From Christensenellaceae bacterium (GTDB lineage Bacteria > Bacillota > Clostridia > Christensenellales > UMGS416): DNA of 64,000 nucleotides. Below the pieces are notes generated by a model. It saw only the letters and a program-made list of their open reading frames with translations. It was not told where the DNA came from and did no database searches. The stretch spans positions 2,195,455 to 2,259,454 of the forward strand of contig OY781093.1 of assembly GCA_963676355.1 (NCBI GenBank), read 5' to 3'. Shown here one piece after another: positions 9,810 through 19,437 of this stretch; position 1 is the stretch's first letter; the number at the start of each line of letters is the position of its first letter. Made by a program: the position numbers and the translations under genes.

Positions 9810-10682
9810 CTAATTCTTCCTTCTTACTGTATATTTAGCAAGCGAAACAAGATAGTCATGTTCTTTGCCTGTATTTTTAATAAGACTCAAGCAATCATTA
9901 AGTATCTCATCAGCTCTAATTTTCGCACCTTTAAGTCCCAGCTCAGAAACATATGTAACCTTATTTTCGATCTCATCTTTGCCGATTGTTTTTCCCATTG
10001 CTTCGGTATCACCCGTAACATCAAGAATATCATCAGTTATCTGAAAGAGCAAGCCGAATTTATCAATAAAATTCTCATAATATTGCTCTTTATCTTTTAT
10101 GTCAGCAAGGTATACAACAGGCATTACGCTTGCAGAAAACAGTTTTCCCGTTTTAAGCATATGCATCTGTCTAAGACCTTCAGAATTTGTTATACTTTTT
10201 TTGATGTCGAGAACCTGTCCGCCAATCATACCCGAAGCTCCAGCACATTCCGCGATGTAAGCCATCGCTTTTATATATTTTCCTCCATACCTTGGAGAAT
10301 AATTTTTAAGCAAAATTTCAAATGCAGAGTTTAATAAGGCATCTCCCGCCAAAATGGCCATATCCTCACCAAATTTAACATGATTTGTAGGCTTTCCCCT
10401 GCGAAGAGTATCATCATCCATAGCAGGTAAATCATCATGAATCAAAGAATATGTGTGTATCATCTCAAGAGCTGCACAAATGGGCAAAGAAACTTCATCT
10501 TCTATGCCGAACTCACGAGCAAGATACAACGCTATTGCAGGCCTTAATCTTTTACCGCCCGCAAAAAGAGAATACTCCATAGCTTCAATTATGTTTTTAG
10601 GTGCGCTGCTGTCGCGAAATACTGTTTCAAGATATTCTTCTACATCTCGCTTTAATAGCTCATGCTGTTCTTTAAAATCCAT
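9810..10682 (-). CDS. ispA: Farnesyl/geranyl diphosphate synthase (polyprenyl synthetase)
   Basis: First Asp-rich motif LIHDDLPAMDDDTLRRGKPT and second motif FQITDDILD. Confidence 0.9.
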   Translation of the reverse strand: MDFKEQHELLKRDVEEYLETVFRDSSAPKNIIEAMEYSLFAGGKRLRPAIALYLAREFGIEDEVSLPICAALEMIHTYSLIHDDLPAMDDDTLRRGKPTNHVKFGEDMAILAGDALLNSAFEILLKNYSPRYGGKYIKAMAYIAECAGASGMIGGQVLDIKKSITNSEGLRQMHMLKTGKLFSASVMPVVYLADIKDKEQYYENFIDKFGLLFQITDDILDVTGDTEAMGKTIGKDEIENKVTYVSELGLKGAKIRADEILNDCLSLIKNTGKEHDYLVSLAKYTVRRKN

Positions 10683-10885
10683 CAGTCTTCCTCTTCACCT
10701 AAAACTCCGACTTTCTCTATCCTGAGCTTCGCACCTTCTATATATGCTTCACATTCTTTTATTATTTTCATCGCACTTTCATATGACTTCAGCGAATCTT
10801 CTAAAGATAGCTCGCCAGACTCCATCTTTTCTGCCATATCTTCAAGTGAGTTAAGTTTGTCTTCAAAACTAAAGTTATCACTCAT
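10682..10885 (-). CDS. xseB: Exodeoxyribonuclease VII small subunit
   Basis: 67-aa helical protein (FEDKLNSLEDMAEKMESGELSLEDSLKSYE), overlapping xseA and abutting ispA. Confidence 0.9.
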   Translation of the reverse strand: MSDNFSFEDKLNSLEDMAEKMESGELSLEDSLKSYESAMKIIKECEAYIEGAKLRIEKVGVLGEEED

Positions 10886-12092
10886 GTATTTCCTCCCCTA
10901 CGCTTGCACTGACTTTGCCGTCTTTCATGCTGATTATAATATTTTTTTCCTCAATGACCGAATCTTTATTCACAAGAACACTGCCAGAATAATTTTCTAT
11001 AATAGCATATCCTCTGTTTAATGTGTTCTTGGGATTAAGTGTGCCAAATAAATGTTTAAGTTCTTTAAGTTTACGTTCTCCGTTATCCAACGACTTGCTT
11101 AATGAACTGGTTATCTTCATCTGCGCCACATCTAGCTGTTGTCCATATTGCATTAAAATGCTTTTTGGATTCTGCGATGTCATTCTACTTTCAAGCCTTG
11201 ATAATTTCGTATTGCTAAACTCCACTTTTTCCTGGACTTTTCTACGCATAAAATTAGCGTAACTATCCAATTTTTGAAGTTCTTCATCTTTTTGAGGGAC
11301 AGCTCTTTTTGCTGCAGTTGAAGGAGTTGCTTCACGCACATCAGCCACAAAATCACACAGCGTAAAATCAGTCTCGTGGCCAACAGCCGATATTATGGGT
11401 GTGCTGCACTCGTATATCATCCTTACAAGAGCTTCATTATTAAAGCAGTTAAGGTCCTCAAAAGAACCTCCACCGCGCCCTATTATAATTACATCAGCTG
11501 ATTTTGTGTTGTCAAACCAATCAAGCGCGTCTATCATCTGAGTGGCAGCATATTCGCCCTGAACCGACACTGGATACAACTGCATAGTCACATTGCCCCA
11601 GCTTGTTTCAAGAACTTTTGTGATGTCCTTTACGGCCGCTCCGGTGGCACTTGTTATAACACCCACGGTTTTTGGATATCGGGGCAGGTTTTTCTTTTTA
11701 CCCTGATCAAAAAGACCTTCTTCTTCCAGCTGTTTTTTCAGCTTTTCAAAGCGCTCATATAAATCACCTATGCCGTCTTTTTTCATGTCGGAGACTATAA
11801 GCTGATATGTTCCGCCTTTTATGTAAAGCGTTACATTCGCAGTTACCTGCACCTTATCACCGTCGTTAAAACTTCCGGCTCTCCCCTTTGACGATCCAGC
11901 AAACCAAACGCATTGCACAGATGCCATTTCATCTTTAAGTGTGAAATAGACATGCCCTGCAAACGATTTTGAATAGTTTGATATCTCGCCTCTTATTTTA
12001 ATTCTCTGAAGCAAATCTTCAGCTTCGAGAATTTTTTTAACATACCCGTTAACCTCAGATACGGTGAATACAAAATCAGCCATACAGCTCAA
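10878..12092 (-). CDS. xseA: Exodeoxyribonuclease VII large subunit
   Basis: 404 aa with an N-terminal OB fold (VSEVNGYVKKILE...GEISNY) and the core motif IIIGRGGGSFEDL. Confidence 0.9.
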   Translation of the reverse strand: MSCMADFVFTVSEVNGYVKKILEAEDLLQRIKIRGEISNYSKSFAGHVYFTLKDEMASVQCVWFAGSSKGRAGSFNDGDKVQVTANVTLYIKGGTYQLIVSDMKKDGIGDLYERFEKLKKQLEEEGLFDQGKKKNLPRYPKTVGVITSATGAAVKDITKVLETSWGNVTMQLYPVSVQGEYAATQMIDALDWFDNTKSADVIIIGRGGGSFEDLNCFNNEALVRMIYECSTPIISAVGHETDFTLCDFVADVREATPSTAAKRAVPQKDEELQKLDSYANFMRRKVQEKVEFSNTKLSRLESRMTSQNPKSILMQYGQQLDVAQMKITSSLSKSLDNGERKLKELKHLFGTLNPKNTLNRGYAIIENYSGSVLVNKDSVIEEKNIIISMKDGKVSASVGEEIHE

Positions 12093-12927
12093 ATGCCTTA
12101 ACAGTGTTTTCTAAAAGCATTGCAATAGTCATAGGCCCCACTCCACCCGGAACCGGTGTGATGTATGAAGCCACTTTGCTTGCTTCATCAAATTTAACAT
12201 CGCCATACTGTTTCATGCTTTCGTCGAAGTTTGATCCAACATCAATGACCACAGCCCCTTCTTTTATCATATCGCCTGTTATCATCTCTTTTCGGCCAAC
12301 CGCAACAACCAATATGTCAGCAGACTTTGTAACTGCCTTCAAATCTTTGGTTCTGGAGTGGCAAACAGTAACTGTAGCATTCTTTTCAAGAAGCAATATA
12401 GCAGCAGGTTTCCCAACGATATTTGAACGCCCTACAACCACTGCATTTTTGCCCTTAAGCTCAATTCCTGCACTTTCAATGAGCTTAATAATCCCAGAAG
12501 GTGTGCACGGTCTTAAGCTCTCTTGTCCTGTAAGAAGTTTACCAGAGTTTAAAATGTGAAATCCATCAACATCTTTTTCCGGTGAAATAGCGTTAATCAC
12601 AGCATGTTCGTCAATATGCTTTGGAACTGGCAACTGTACTAATATTCCATGTACATTGTCATCATTATTCAAATCACCCACTACTTTAAGCAGCTCTTCC
12701 TGAGTGGTTTCAGCAGGCATTTTGATAGTGTTTGACACTATGTTAACACGCCCTGAAAACTTTTCCTTGTTGCGCACATAAGTCGCTGATGCAGGATCAT
12801 CTCCCACTAACACAACAGTAAGCCCGGGGTATTTCCCGCGCTCTTGATAAAGTTTATTCACTTTCTTTTTAAGTGCTATTCTAGTTTTTTTCGCAAGCTC
12901 TCTTCCGTCAATAATCTGTGCTGACAT
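12076..12927 (-). CDS. folD: Bifunctional methylenetetrahydrofolate dehydrogenase/cyclohydrolase
   Basis: MSAQIIDGRELAKK..., YVRNKEK, GRSNIVGKP and PVPGGVGPMT motifs. Confidence 0.95.
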   Translation of the reverse strand: MSAQIIDGRELAKKTRIALKKKVNKLYQERGKYPGLTVVLVGDDPASATYVRNKEKFSGRVNIVSNTIKMPAETTQEELLKVVGDLNNDDNVHGILVQLPVPKHIDEHAVINAISPEKDVDGFHILNSGKLLTGQESLRPCTPSGIIKLIESAGIELKGKNAVVVGRSNIVGKPAAILLLEKNATVTVCHSRTKDLKAVTKSADILVVAVGRKEMITGDMIKEGAVVIDVGSNFDESMKQYGDVKFDEASKVASYITPVPGGVGPMTIAMLLENTVKAFELYG

Positions 12928-12981
12928 TTAATCACCTCTAAAAATAAAATTTATGCGTTAAATTTAACGCACATATATTTT

Positions 12982-13000
12982 AACCGCTCAATGAGCGGTT
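12982..13000. terminator. Hairpin AACCGCTC-AATG-AGCGGTT just downstream of nusB
   Basis: 7-8 bp GC-rich stem. The T-run is on the plus-strand side and the A-run on the minus-strand side, so it resembles a plus-oriented or bidirectional terminator. Efficiency for the minus-strand operon is uncertain. Confidence 0.4.
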
Positions 13001-13006
13001 TTTTAC

Positions 13007-13411
13007 TTATTTATCGCTTTCTTCAACAGATTTTAATATGCTGGCTAAGATAGCGTTAATGTAGCTTCCCGAATCGCTGAGCGAAAACTCCTTTGCAAGT
13101 TCTACAGCTTCATTTATTATAGCTCCCGGTGGGTTCGTCTTTTGATATTTTAGTTCAAATACCGCCATCTGCAATATAGCAATATCCACTTTGGGCAGCC
13201 TGTCCTTTTTCCACTTTTTCAAGTGTTCTTCAATATCTTTATTAATCTCTTCCAAATGCTCGGCGACGCCTTCCATTATAGCCAGAGTCATTTCTTTGTC
13301 CTGTGCAGTCACATTAAGATAGCTATATGAAGGATACTTTCCTTCAACTCCATCAAACTGCCTTGCATAAAGAGTCCGCATCGCTGAGATGCGGGCATCA
13401 TGTCTTGACAT
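13007..13411 (-). CDS. nusB: Transcription antitermination factor NusB
   Basis: 134 aa, MSRHDARISAMRTLYA..., conserved position upstream of folD. Confidence 0.9.
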   Translation of the reverse strand: MSRHDARISAMRTLYARQFDGVEGKYPSYSYLNVTAQDKEMTLAIMEGVAEHLEEINKDIEEHLKKWKKDRLPKVDIAILQMAVFELKYQKTNPPGAIINEAVELAKEFSLSDSGSYINAILASILKSVEESDK

Positions 13412-13653
13412 TAATTATCTCCCTTGACACGAGACATTATCCTGTCTATCATGTCTCCCAAATCTGATTTGTCATCCAAAAAATAGCCTGCCACAAATCC
13501 CAAGGCAGTCAGTATAACAATAAGTATAGTTTCCCAGAAACCAATTGTTAAAAACAAAATAGCAATAATAAGGCCAGTGATTAGCCCTATTATTCTAAAT
13601 TTATATGGTTCAAGATTTTTAATAAATTCTTTCATACTATTTTGCAGTTTCAT
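13411..13653 (-). CDS. DUF2273-type small integral membrane protein
   Basis: 80 aa with two TM helices. This is the usual third member of asp23-amaP clusters. Confidence 0.6.
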   Translation of the reverse strand: MKLQNSMKEFIKNLEPYKFRIIGLITGLIIAILFLTIGFWETILIVILTALGFVAGYFLDDKSDLGDMIDRIMSRVKGDN

Positions 13654-14176
13654 TTTCGACTAGCACATTAACCTTTTCTAGAGTTATGCCGCTCATCGCT
13701 TCTATGTTTGTTCTTACCTGATTTTGAATCTCTGTGCAAACTGTAGGTATCACTACGTCCTCTTCAACCTGAACTTTAATTATAACGCTCACCTTGCTGT
13801 CTGCTAGGACTACAGCTGTCTTAGAATCTTTAACTCCGCCAACCGCTTTTGCGTTTTTGTTAATCATTTCTTTAAAGGTTGTGTTTGCTATCCTTATAAC
13901 GCCACTTTCCTCATTGCCGATGTCAATATATCGGTTAACTTTTCTATCAGTTCCAAAAGTAATGAAAAATAGCGCAACTGACATAAGCAGCACTATAAAC
14001 GCTGCTCCGGTAAGTATCCATGTGTTAATATCAACACTATAGAAACCTTTCACATAAGCATCAATTGTGGCTTGATCGATCACCTTCCAGGCAATCCCCA
14101 TCAAAAGTAGTGCAACACATATAAGCGCTAATGCAATAACTGCAGAAGCTATTCTGTGAAAAACTCTTACTTTCAT
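13637..14176 (-). CDS. amaP: Alkaline shock response membrane anchor protein AmaP-like
   Basis: 179 aa with two N-terminal TM helices and a soluble tail, immediately downstream of asp23. Confidence 0.6.
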   Translation of the reverse strand: MKVRVFHRIASAVIALALICVALLLMGIAWKVIDQATIDAYVKGFYSVDINTWILTGAAFIVLLMSVALFFITFGTDRKVNRYIDIGNEESGVIRIANTTFKEMINKNAKAVGGVKDSKTAVVLADSKVSVIIKVQVEEDVVIPTVCTEIQNQVRTNIEAMSGITLEKVNVLVENETAK

Positions 14177-14190
14177 AAGTTTCTCCTTAG

Positions 14191-14577
14191 TTATTCTTTT
14201 CCCTCAGCATCTTCTTGAGGTTTTTCTTTTTCCATGTAAAGGCTGTGAACATTTACGTTAACCGCAGAAACATTAAGTCCCGTCATGTTCTCTATCGCTT
14301 TTTTAACACCTTCTTGTACATTGCCTGCTACTTCGTGCAGTTTTTTTCCATATTCAATAACAATGTTCAAGTCAAAAGATACGCTTCCTTCGGCAAGGTC
14401 CACTTTGATTCCGCGGTTTTTTACTCCAAGCATGTCAGAAAGACTTCCGCCAGAAGTTCCTGCCACACCTTCCACTTCCTCTGTTGCAAGTGCTGCAATC
14501 TTTGCAAGCACGTCATTTGAGTAGTTTACTGTGCCACTTTCGTTGGTGGTAACGATGTTTTCATTTTTATCACTCAT
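14191..14577 (-). CDS. Asp23/Gls24 family envelope stress protein
   Basis: Start moved to the ATG at 14577 (GGAGGTG SD 5 nt upstream). Sequence NYSNDVLAKIAALATEEVEGVAG... is typical of Asp23. Confidence 0.85.
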   Translation of the reverse strand: MSDKNENIVTTNESGTVNYSNDVLAKIAALATEEVEGVAGTSGGSLSDMLGVKNRGIKVDLAEGSVSFDLNIVIEYGKKLHEVAGNVQEGVKKAIENMTGLNVSAVNVNVHSLYMEKEKPQEDAEGKE

Positions 14578-14693
14578 AATTTCACCTCCGTTAAACACAT
14601 TATACCAAAGATTATTTTAATATCCAATGAATATATTATAAATTTTTTCCAATCATCTTCTTATCATTTGTTAATATATCTAAATGATTGGAA

Positions 14694-14718
14694 ATTAAAA
14701 AGGAGCCATGCGGCTCCT
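14694..14718 (-). terminator. Rho-independent terminator after efp
   Basis: Minus strand AGGAGCC-GCAT-GGCTCCT followed by TTTTAATTT. Confidence 0.7.
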
Positions 14719-14727
14719 CTTAAAGCT

Positions 14728-15285
14728 TTATGCGCGCTCCATGTAATCGCCTGTTCTGGTGTCTATTCTTATCTTATCTCCAATGTTTATAAACGAAGGA
14801 ACAGTTACAACATATCCCGTTTCAACTGTTGCAGGCTTTGTAACATTGGTTGCAGTGTCTCCGCGAACGCCTGGCTCTGTTTCAGTAACTTCCAATATAA
14901 CAAAGTTTTGAGGCTCCACACTAAAGGCTCTGCCTTCGTGAAATTTCATCTGCACTTCATCGTTTTCTCTTATGAAAGGCAGTGATTCAGCTATTAAGTC
15001 ATGGCTGATAGGAATCTGCTCATATGTGTCATTATCCATGAAATAATAAAGATCACCATCATTATAAAGATACTGCATATCCTTTGTTTCAATGTGTGCC
15101 TTTGCAAATTTATCATTGGGGTTAAATGTAGTCTCCGTAATAGAGCCTGTAATGATATTTTTAAGCTTTGTCCTTACAAATGCTGAGCCCTTACCCGGCT
15201 TAACATGCTGAAAGTCCACGATGCTTACAAGCTGTCCATCCATTTCCAAAGTAACACCTTTTCTAAAGTCCCCTGCTGAAATCAT
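14728..15285 (-). CDS. efp: Elongation factor P
   Basis: [19 protein letters not shown]...[16 protein letters not shown]. Confidence 0.95.
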   Translation of the reverse strand: MISAGDFRKGVTLEMDGQLVSIVDFQHVKPGKGSAFVRTKLKNIITGSITETTFNPNDKFAKAHIETKDMQYLYNDGDLYYFMDNDTYEQIPISHDLIAESLPFIRENDEVQMKFHEGRAFSVEPQNFVILEVTETEPGVRGDTATNVTKPATVETGYVVTVPSFINIGDKIRIDTRTGDYMERA

Positions 15286-16352
15286 AATTTTCCTCCGTCA
15301 ATAATATTCAAATCTGTTGATGCATCAAACAGCGGTTCATATCCGTCATCTGTTATATAGCAAGTGTTTTCTATTCTCACTCCGCCAAGTCCCGGGATAT
15401 ATATGCCGGGTTCAACGGTAACCACCATTCCTTTTTCAAGAACTTCATTAGACACTTTGCTAAGCCTAGGAGCTTCATGTATGTTAAGCCCCACTCCGTG
15501 GCCTGTGCCGTGTCCAAAATATTCTCCATAACCATGCTTTGTGATTATGTCTCTTGCGATTTTATCCACATCCTTGCAAGCCATGCCGGGTGCCAATGCT
15601 GCCTGAGCCAAAGTCTGTGATTCTTTAACTATGTTATATATATCGCTTAGCTTTTGTGAAGGCTTGCCTATAGCATATGTTCTTGTCATATCCGAATTAT
15701 ACTTATTTATTCTCGCACCAAAATCAAGGGTTATCATATCACCTGCATCAAATTTCTTAGTGCTCGTCACATAATGCGGCATTGAGCCGTTTAAGCCAGA
15801 TGCGATTATAAAGTCAAATGCAGTGTCCGCACCGTAGTTTTTCTTCAGAAAATATTCCAGTTCAGCACACAATTCAATTTCCTGCATGCCAATGGCTGTA
15901 ATTCTGTATGCTTCATTTAGCGCATCCTGTGTTGCGTTGGCCGCAATTTTCAAAAGTTCTATTTCATCGTCATCTTTTATAGAGCGAATATTAATGCCGA
16001 TGTTATTTGTTGGCACAAATTCGTTATTAACGCATTCTTTTTTTATGCTTTGAAGCTGGCCTACAGTCATCTCATCTTCTTCAAAGCCAATTTTCATCTC
16101 ATCCGAGAATATATCGCAAACCTTTTTTGCATAGCCTTCTCCCTCGATGTCAATAACAACACTCTTAGGCGACTCTTTTTGTGCTTGCTCTGTGTATCTG
16201 AAATCTGTAATGACATATGTCTTTTCACCTTTTACAGCAAGCATTCCTTCACCTGAATACCCAGAAAAATAGTAAATATTATTTCTGTTTGTAAATAGAA
16301 AATTACTCAGGCCAATCTCGTTCAATTTTAATTTAAGTTTTTCAAGTCTCAT
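15282..16352 (-). CDS. pepP: Xaa-Pro aminopeptidase (M24 family)
   Basis: [13 protein letters not shown] metal-binding motif and VEPGIY. ATGA overlap with efp. Confidence 0.85.
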   Translation of the reverse strand: MRLEKLKLKLNEIGLSNFLFTNRNNIYYFSGYSGEGMLAVKGEKTYVITDFRYTEQAQKESPKSVVIDIEGEGYAKKVCDIFSDEMKIGFEEDEMTVGQLQSIKKECVNNEFVPTNNIGINIRSIKDDDEIELLKIAANATQDALNEAYRITAIGMQEIELCAELEYFLKKNYGADTAFDFIIASGLNGSMPHYVTSTKKFDAGDMITLDFGARINKYNSDMTRTYAIGKPSQKLSDIYNIVKESQTLAQAALAPGMACKDVDKIARDIITKHGYGEYFGHGTGHGVGLNIHEAPRLSKVSNEVLEKGMVVTVEPGIYIPGLGGVRIENTCYITDDGYEPLFDASTDLNIIDGGKL

Positions 16353-16391
16353 AACAATTCCTTTACCAAAAGATTATATCACAGCATTCGT

Positions 16392-17249
16392 TCATAATAA
16401 ATCCTGTTCGTACATTTTTTTCATGCTAAGTGCGTCCTTTGCCATCACTTCACGAGATTCACAAACTATCACAGGATGCATCCTTCTTCTTGCTATTTCC
16501 TTGGACAGTGGCTCAAAAAAAGGTCCGTATTGTTTGTCCTCAAATGTAAGGTGCCTTTTTTCTCCCTGTTGTGTATATTCCTGATGAGAAAAATGAACAT
16601 GCATCGTGTCCAAACGCTCTTTACCCAAGCTATTTTCAATAGTGTCTAACACATTGGCATAATCTTCTTGAGTTTTAATGCTTCCATTTCCTCTTGAGTG
16701 AAGGTGCCCGAAATCAATTGTAGGCAAAAGCATTTCATCCGCCCTGCACATTTCCATTATTTCATCAAGGCTTCCCAATTGGTTCACTTTGCCTAATGTC
16801 TCTGGACACAAAATTATGTCTTCAAGCCCTGCATTAATTATTTCTCGCCTTACTTTTCCAAGCTCGTCCACTACAAGCTCAATAGCCTTTTTTCGATTCT
16901 TGCCCTTTGCAGAACCTGTGTGGAGCACAACACGCTTTGCTCCCATATTTTTAGCCACTTCATATGTGTCCATGATATATTTTCTTGAACGCTCACGTTT
17001 TTCTTCATCGTGATTTGCAAGGTTTATGTAATAAGGAGCGTGCACAGAAAGCAATATTCCATTCTTTTGAGCTTCTCCACCTATCTTCTCAGCAGTCTCT
17101 TTTTTTATCCTAATTCCTTTACCGCACGCATATTCATACCAATCAAGTCCCATGTTTTTTAAAAATTCGGGCATTTCATAGCTGTGTTTATGTCCTGCGT
17201 CGTAAAATGATGCGGAGTTTCCGGCTGGTCCAAACATCGCCTTTTTCAT
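16392..17249 (-). CDS. TIM-barrel AP-endonuclease-2 family protein (endonuclease IV-like)
   Basis: 285 aa with Nfo-type xylose-isomerase-like barrel signatures (HAPYYINLA, VLHTG, CPETLG, IDFGHLH). Exact activity not established. Confidence 0.55.
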   Translation of the reverse strand: MKKAMFGPAGNSASFYDAGHKHSYEMPEFLKNMGLDWYEYACGKGIRIKKETAEKIGGEAQKNGILLSVHAPYYINLANHDEEKRERSRKYIMDTYEVAKNMGAKRVVLHTGSAKGKNRKKAIELVVDELGKVRREIINAGLEDIILCPETLGKVNQLGSLDEIMEMCRADEMLLPTIDFGHLHSRGNGSIKTQEDYANVLDTIENSLGKERLDTMHVHFSHQEYTQQGEKRHLTFEDKQYGPFFEPLSKEIARRRMHPVIVCESREVMAKDALSMKKMYEQDLL

Positions 17250-17731
17250 TTGTCTGTATCCCTTCCGAATAAAAACTTCTCCACTTTTCTATTAAATCTT
17301 GTTACACCGAATTCGTTGCTTGAAAGAGGCTCCACTAAGATAAACCTAATTCCTGCAAAAAAAGCAGCGATTCTGTCAGTTATAAGCTGATCGCCTATCA
17401 TCACGCATTCTTTTCTTTTAACACCAGAAATTTTTGCACATTTTAGCAGACCAAATGGAAATGGTTTCATCGCTGGAGCAATAAAGTTTACACCAAGTTG
17501 CTTTGCGATAATCTCCGTACGGTCATGCACCGCATTTGACACAATAACAATCTGTATATCATTGCTCATCACTTTTTCACACCAAATTTTTTCTTCTGGG
17601 GCAATCTCTTTTCCATGCCACACCAAAAGAGTGCTGTCCATATCCACCATCACGCAACTTATACCGCTTTGTTTAAGTAATTCAAGAGGTATTTCGGTAA
17701 GTTTATTAAATTTTTGGAATCTGCCAAGCAT
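17246..17731 (-). CDS. yqeG: YqeG-family HAD-IIIA phosphatase
   Basis: Start trimmed to the ATG at 17731 (TAATG overlap with the maturase stop). DxDxT motif VMVDMDSTL and GDQLITD. Confidence 0.75.
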   Translation of the reverse strand: MLGRFQKFNKLTEIPLELLKQSGISCVMVDMDSTLLVWHGKEIAPEEKIWCEKVMSNDIQIVIVSNAVHDRTEIIAKQLGVNFIAPAMKPFPFGLLKCAKISGVKRKECVMIGDQLITDRIAAFFAGIRFILVEPLSSNEFGVTRFNRKVEKFLFGRDTDK

Positions 17732-19077
17732 TAATCTTCCTTTTCCAAAGCATAAATTGCCATTGCGCATTCTAAGCGTTTTTTAAGCATTTCGCATTCC
17801 ATTTCATATGGCTTTTGTAAATCTCCGTTATACTTATACGCATTTGCACCACAGCCACCGCCACACCAGAATTGAGCCCAGCATTTTTGACACTCAGGCT
17901 TGTTTGTGACGTTGTTTGCCGCAAATTTCTTTGCCATGGCTCGGTCTATTGTCTCGCTGTCAACCGTCGCCATTTTCATTTCCTCCATGCCCACATACTG
18001 ATGACACGGATATATATCCCCTTCCGGAGTAACTGCGACATATTCAAACCCAGCTCCGCAGCCTGAAAGCCTTTTTATAAGACAAGGACCATCTTCTAAG
18101 TTTATCATGAAATGAAAGAAGTTAACAAATGTGTCTTTTCTAAAATCAAGATACCATTTTGCCAGCCTGTCATATTCTTTTTTAATTGGCTCTAAATCTT
18201 CAGGCTTTAATGCATAAGACATCTTCTGTTCAGTTACCACAGGCTCAATTGAAAGCTGTTCAAATCCCTGCTCTGCTATATAGCGCACATCTTCTGCAAA
18301 ATCTAAGTTATTGTGTGTGAACGTTCCTCTTATATAATAGCTTTTATCCCCGCGCCTTTTAATGATCTCTTTTGCGTTTTCCAAAATCCTGGCTTGCGAG
18401 CCAGCACCTTCATCATTTGGGCGCATAAAATCGTGAACTTCAGGCCTTCCATCAATGCTTATTACCACGTTATACATTTCGCGGTTAAGAAAATCCATTG
18501 TTTCTTCATCCACCTCATAAGCATTTGTTGTAAGCGTAAAGTTGAAGTGTTTCCCAGTATCTTTTTCCACTTTTCTTGCATAAGCAACAAGTCTTTTTAC
18601 GGTGTCGGTGTTCATAAGCGGCTCACCGCCAAAAAAATCCACCTCAAGGTTTTTTGCATCCTTGCTGTTTTTAACTAAAAAATCAATAGCTTTTTTGCCC
18701 ACTTCAAAGCTCATAAGGCAACGGTTGCCACCAAATGCGCCTTTGCTTGCAAAACAATATTTGCATCTCAAGTTGCAGTCATGTGCTATATGAAGACACA
18801 TAGCTTTTATCCTGTCATCAGCCAAGGGCTTAACGTCTGTATAATCAAACTCACTAAAAAGAAGATTAAGCTCCTTTAGCTTTGAAATTTCTTCTTGCGC
18901 CTTTTTAATATCTTGTATATCAAATTTATCTGAAAGTGTTTTTGCAATTTCATCATCTTTTTTGTTCTGTTGCATCAGCTCAAGCACGCGATATGCTGTT
19001 TCATCCGGCATATGTAGAGCTCCGCTGTATGTATCATAAGCAAAAAAATTATCTAAAGTCTTAAATAAATGTATCAT
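17731..19077 (-). CDS. scfB: SCIFF radical SAM/SPASM thioether-forming peptide maturase
   Basis: CNLRCKYC radical-SAM cluster motif and a C-terminal SPASM Cys cluster (CQKCWAQFWCGGGC). Directly downstream of a SCIFF precursor. Confidence 0.9.
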   Translation of the reverse strand: MIHLFKTLDNFFAYDTYSGALHMPDETAYRVLELMQQNKKDDEIAKTLSDKFDIQDIKKAQEEISKLKELNLLFSEFDYTDVKPLADDRIKAMCLHIAHDCNLRCKYCFASKGAFGGNRCLMSFEVGKKAIDFLVKNSKDAKNLEVDFFGGEPLMNTDTVKRLVAYARKVEKDTGKHFNFTLTTNAYEVDEETMDFLNREMYNVVISIDGRPEVHDFMRPNDEGAGSQARILENAKEIIKRRGDKSYYIRGTFTHNNLDFAEDVRYIAEQGFEQLSIEPVVTEQKMSYALKPEDLEPIKKEYDRLAKWYLDFRKDTFVNFFHFMINLEDGPCLIKRLSGCGAGFEYVAVTPEGDIYPCHQYVGMEEMKMATVDSETIDRAMAKKFAANNVTNKPECQKCWAQFWCGGGCGANAYKYNGDLQKPYEMECEMLKKRLECAMAIYALEKED

Positions 19078-19083
19078 TTCCTG

Positions 19084-19112
19084 TAAAAATCGGCGTTCAT
19101 CACGCCGATTTT
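19084..19112 (-). terminator. Hairpin with U-tract between the SCIFF precursor and the maturase (partial terminator/attenuator)
   Basis: Minus strand AAAATCGGCG-TGATGAA-CGCCGATTTTT. Confidence 0.6.
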
Positions 19113-19138
19113 ATCCTTCTTCAAATTTTTGAAATCTA

Positions 19139-19273
19139 TTATTTTTTCTGTGCACATTCCTGATTTGCAACTGTGCATGATGTTTTACAAGCTGACTGAC
19201 ATGATGACTGGCAAGTGCCGCATCCTCCGTCTTTTTTCAAACAATCATATGTTACTGTCTTAAAATGCTTCAT
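19139..19273 (-). CDS. scfA: SCIFF (six-cysteines-in-forty-five) ribosomal peptide precursor
   Basis: Below the ORF-track cutoff. My translation is MKHFKTVTYDCLKKDGGCGTCQSSCQSACKTSCTVANQECAQKK (44 aa), preceded by an AGAGGAG SD. It matches the GGCGxCQxSCQSACKTSC core of the family. Confidence 0.9.
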   Translation of the reverse strand: MKHFKTVTYDCLKKDGGCGTCQSSCQSACKTSCTVANQECAQKK

Positions 19274-19303
19274 AATATCTCCTCTTAACAAAATAATATA
19301 GTT

Positions 19304-19332
19304 ATTATACATATATCTGCACTCTGTGGCAA
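19304..19332 (-). promoter_or_regulatory. Sigma-A type promoter for the SCIFF operon
   Basis: Minus strand TTGCCA (19332-19327), 17 nt, TATAAT (19309-19304). Confidence 0.55.
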
Positions 19333-19437
19333 GTTGATTGTAAAAAAGTATATATTATAAATATAAAACAAAAAGGAGTTAATATGGATAATCTTAATAG
19401 ATTAATGGAAAATGAGGGGAAAGCAATCGCAGTATAG

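Noticed and set aside
19384-19437. 17-codon plus-strand mini-ORF (MDNLNRLMENEGKAIAV) with a strong AAAGGAG SD between the SCIFF promoter and pgeF
   Set aside because: It is very short, convergent with pgeF, and abuts the pgeF stop. I see no supporting promoter, so it is likely fortuitous. Ribosome profiling could revive it.
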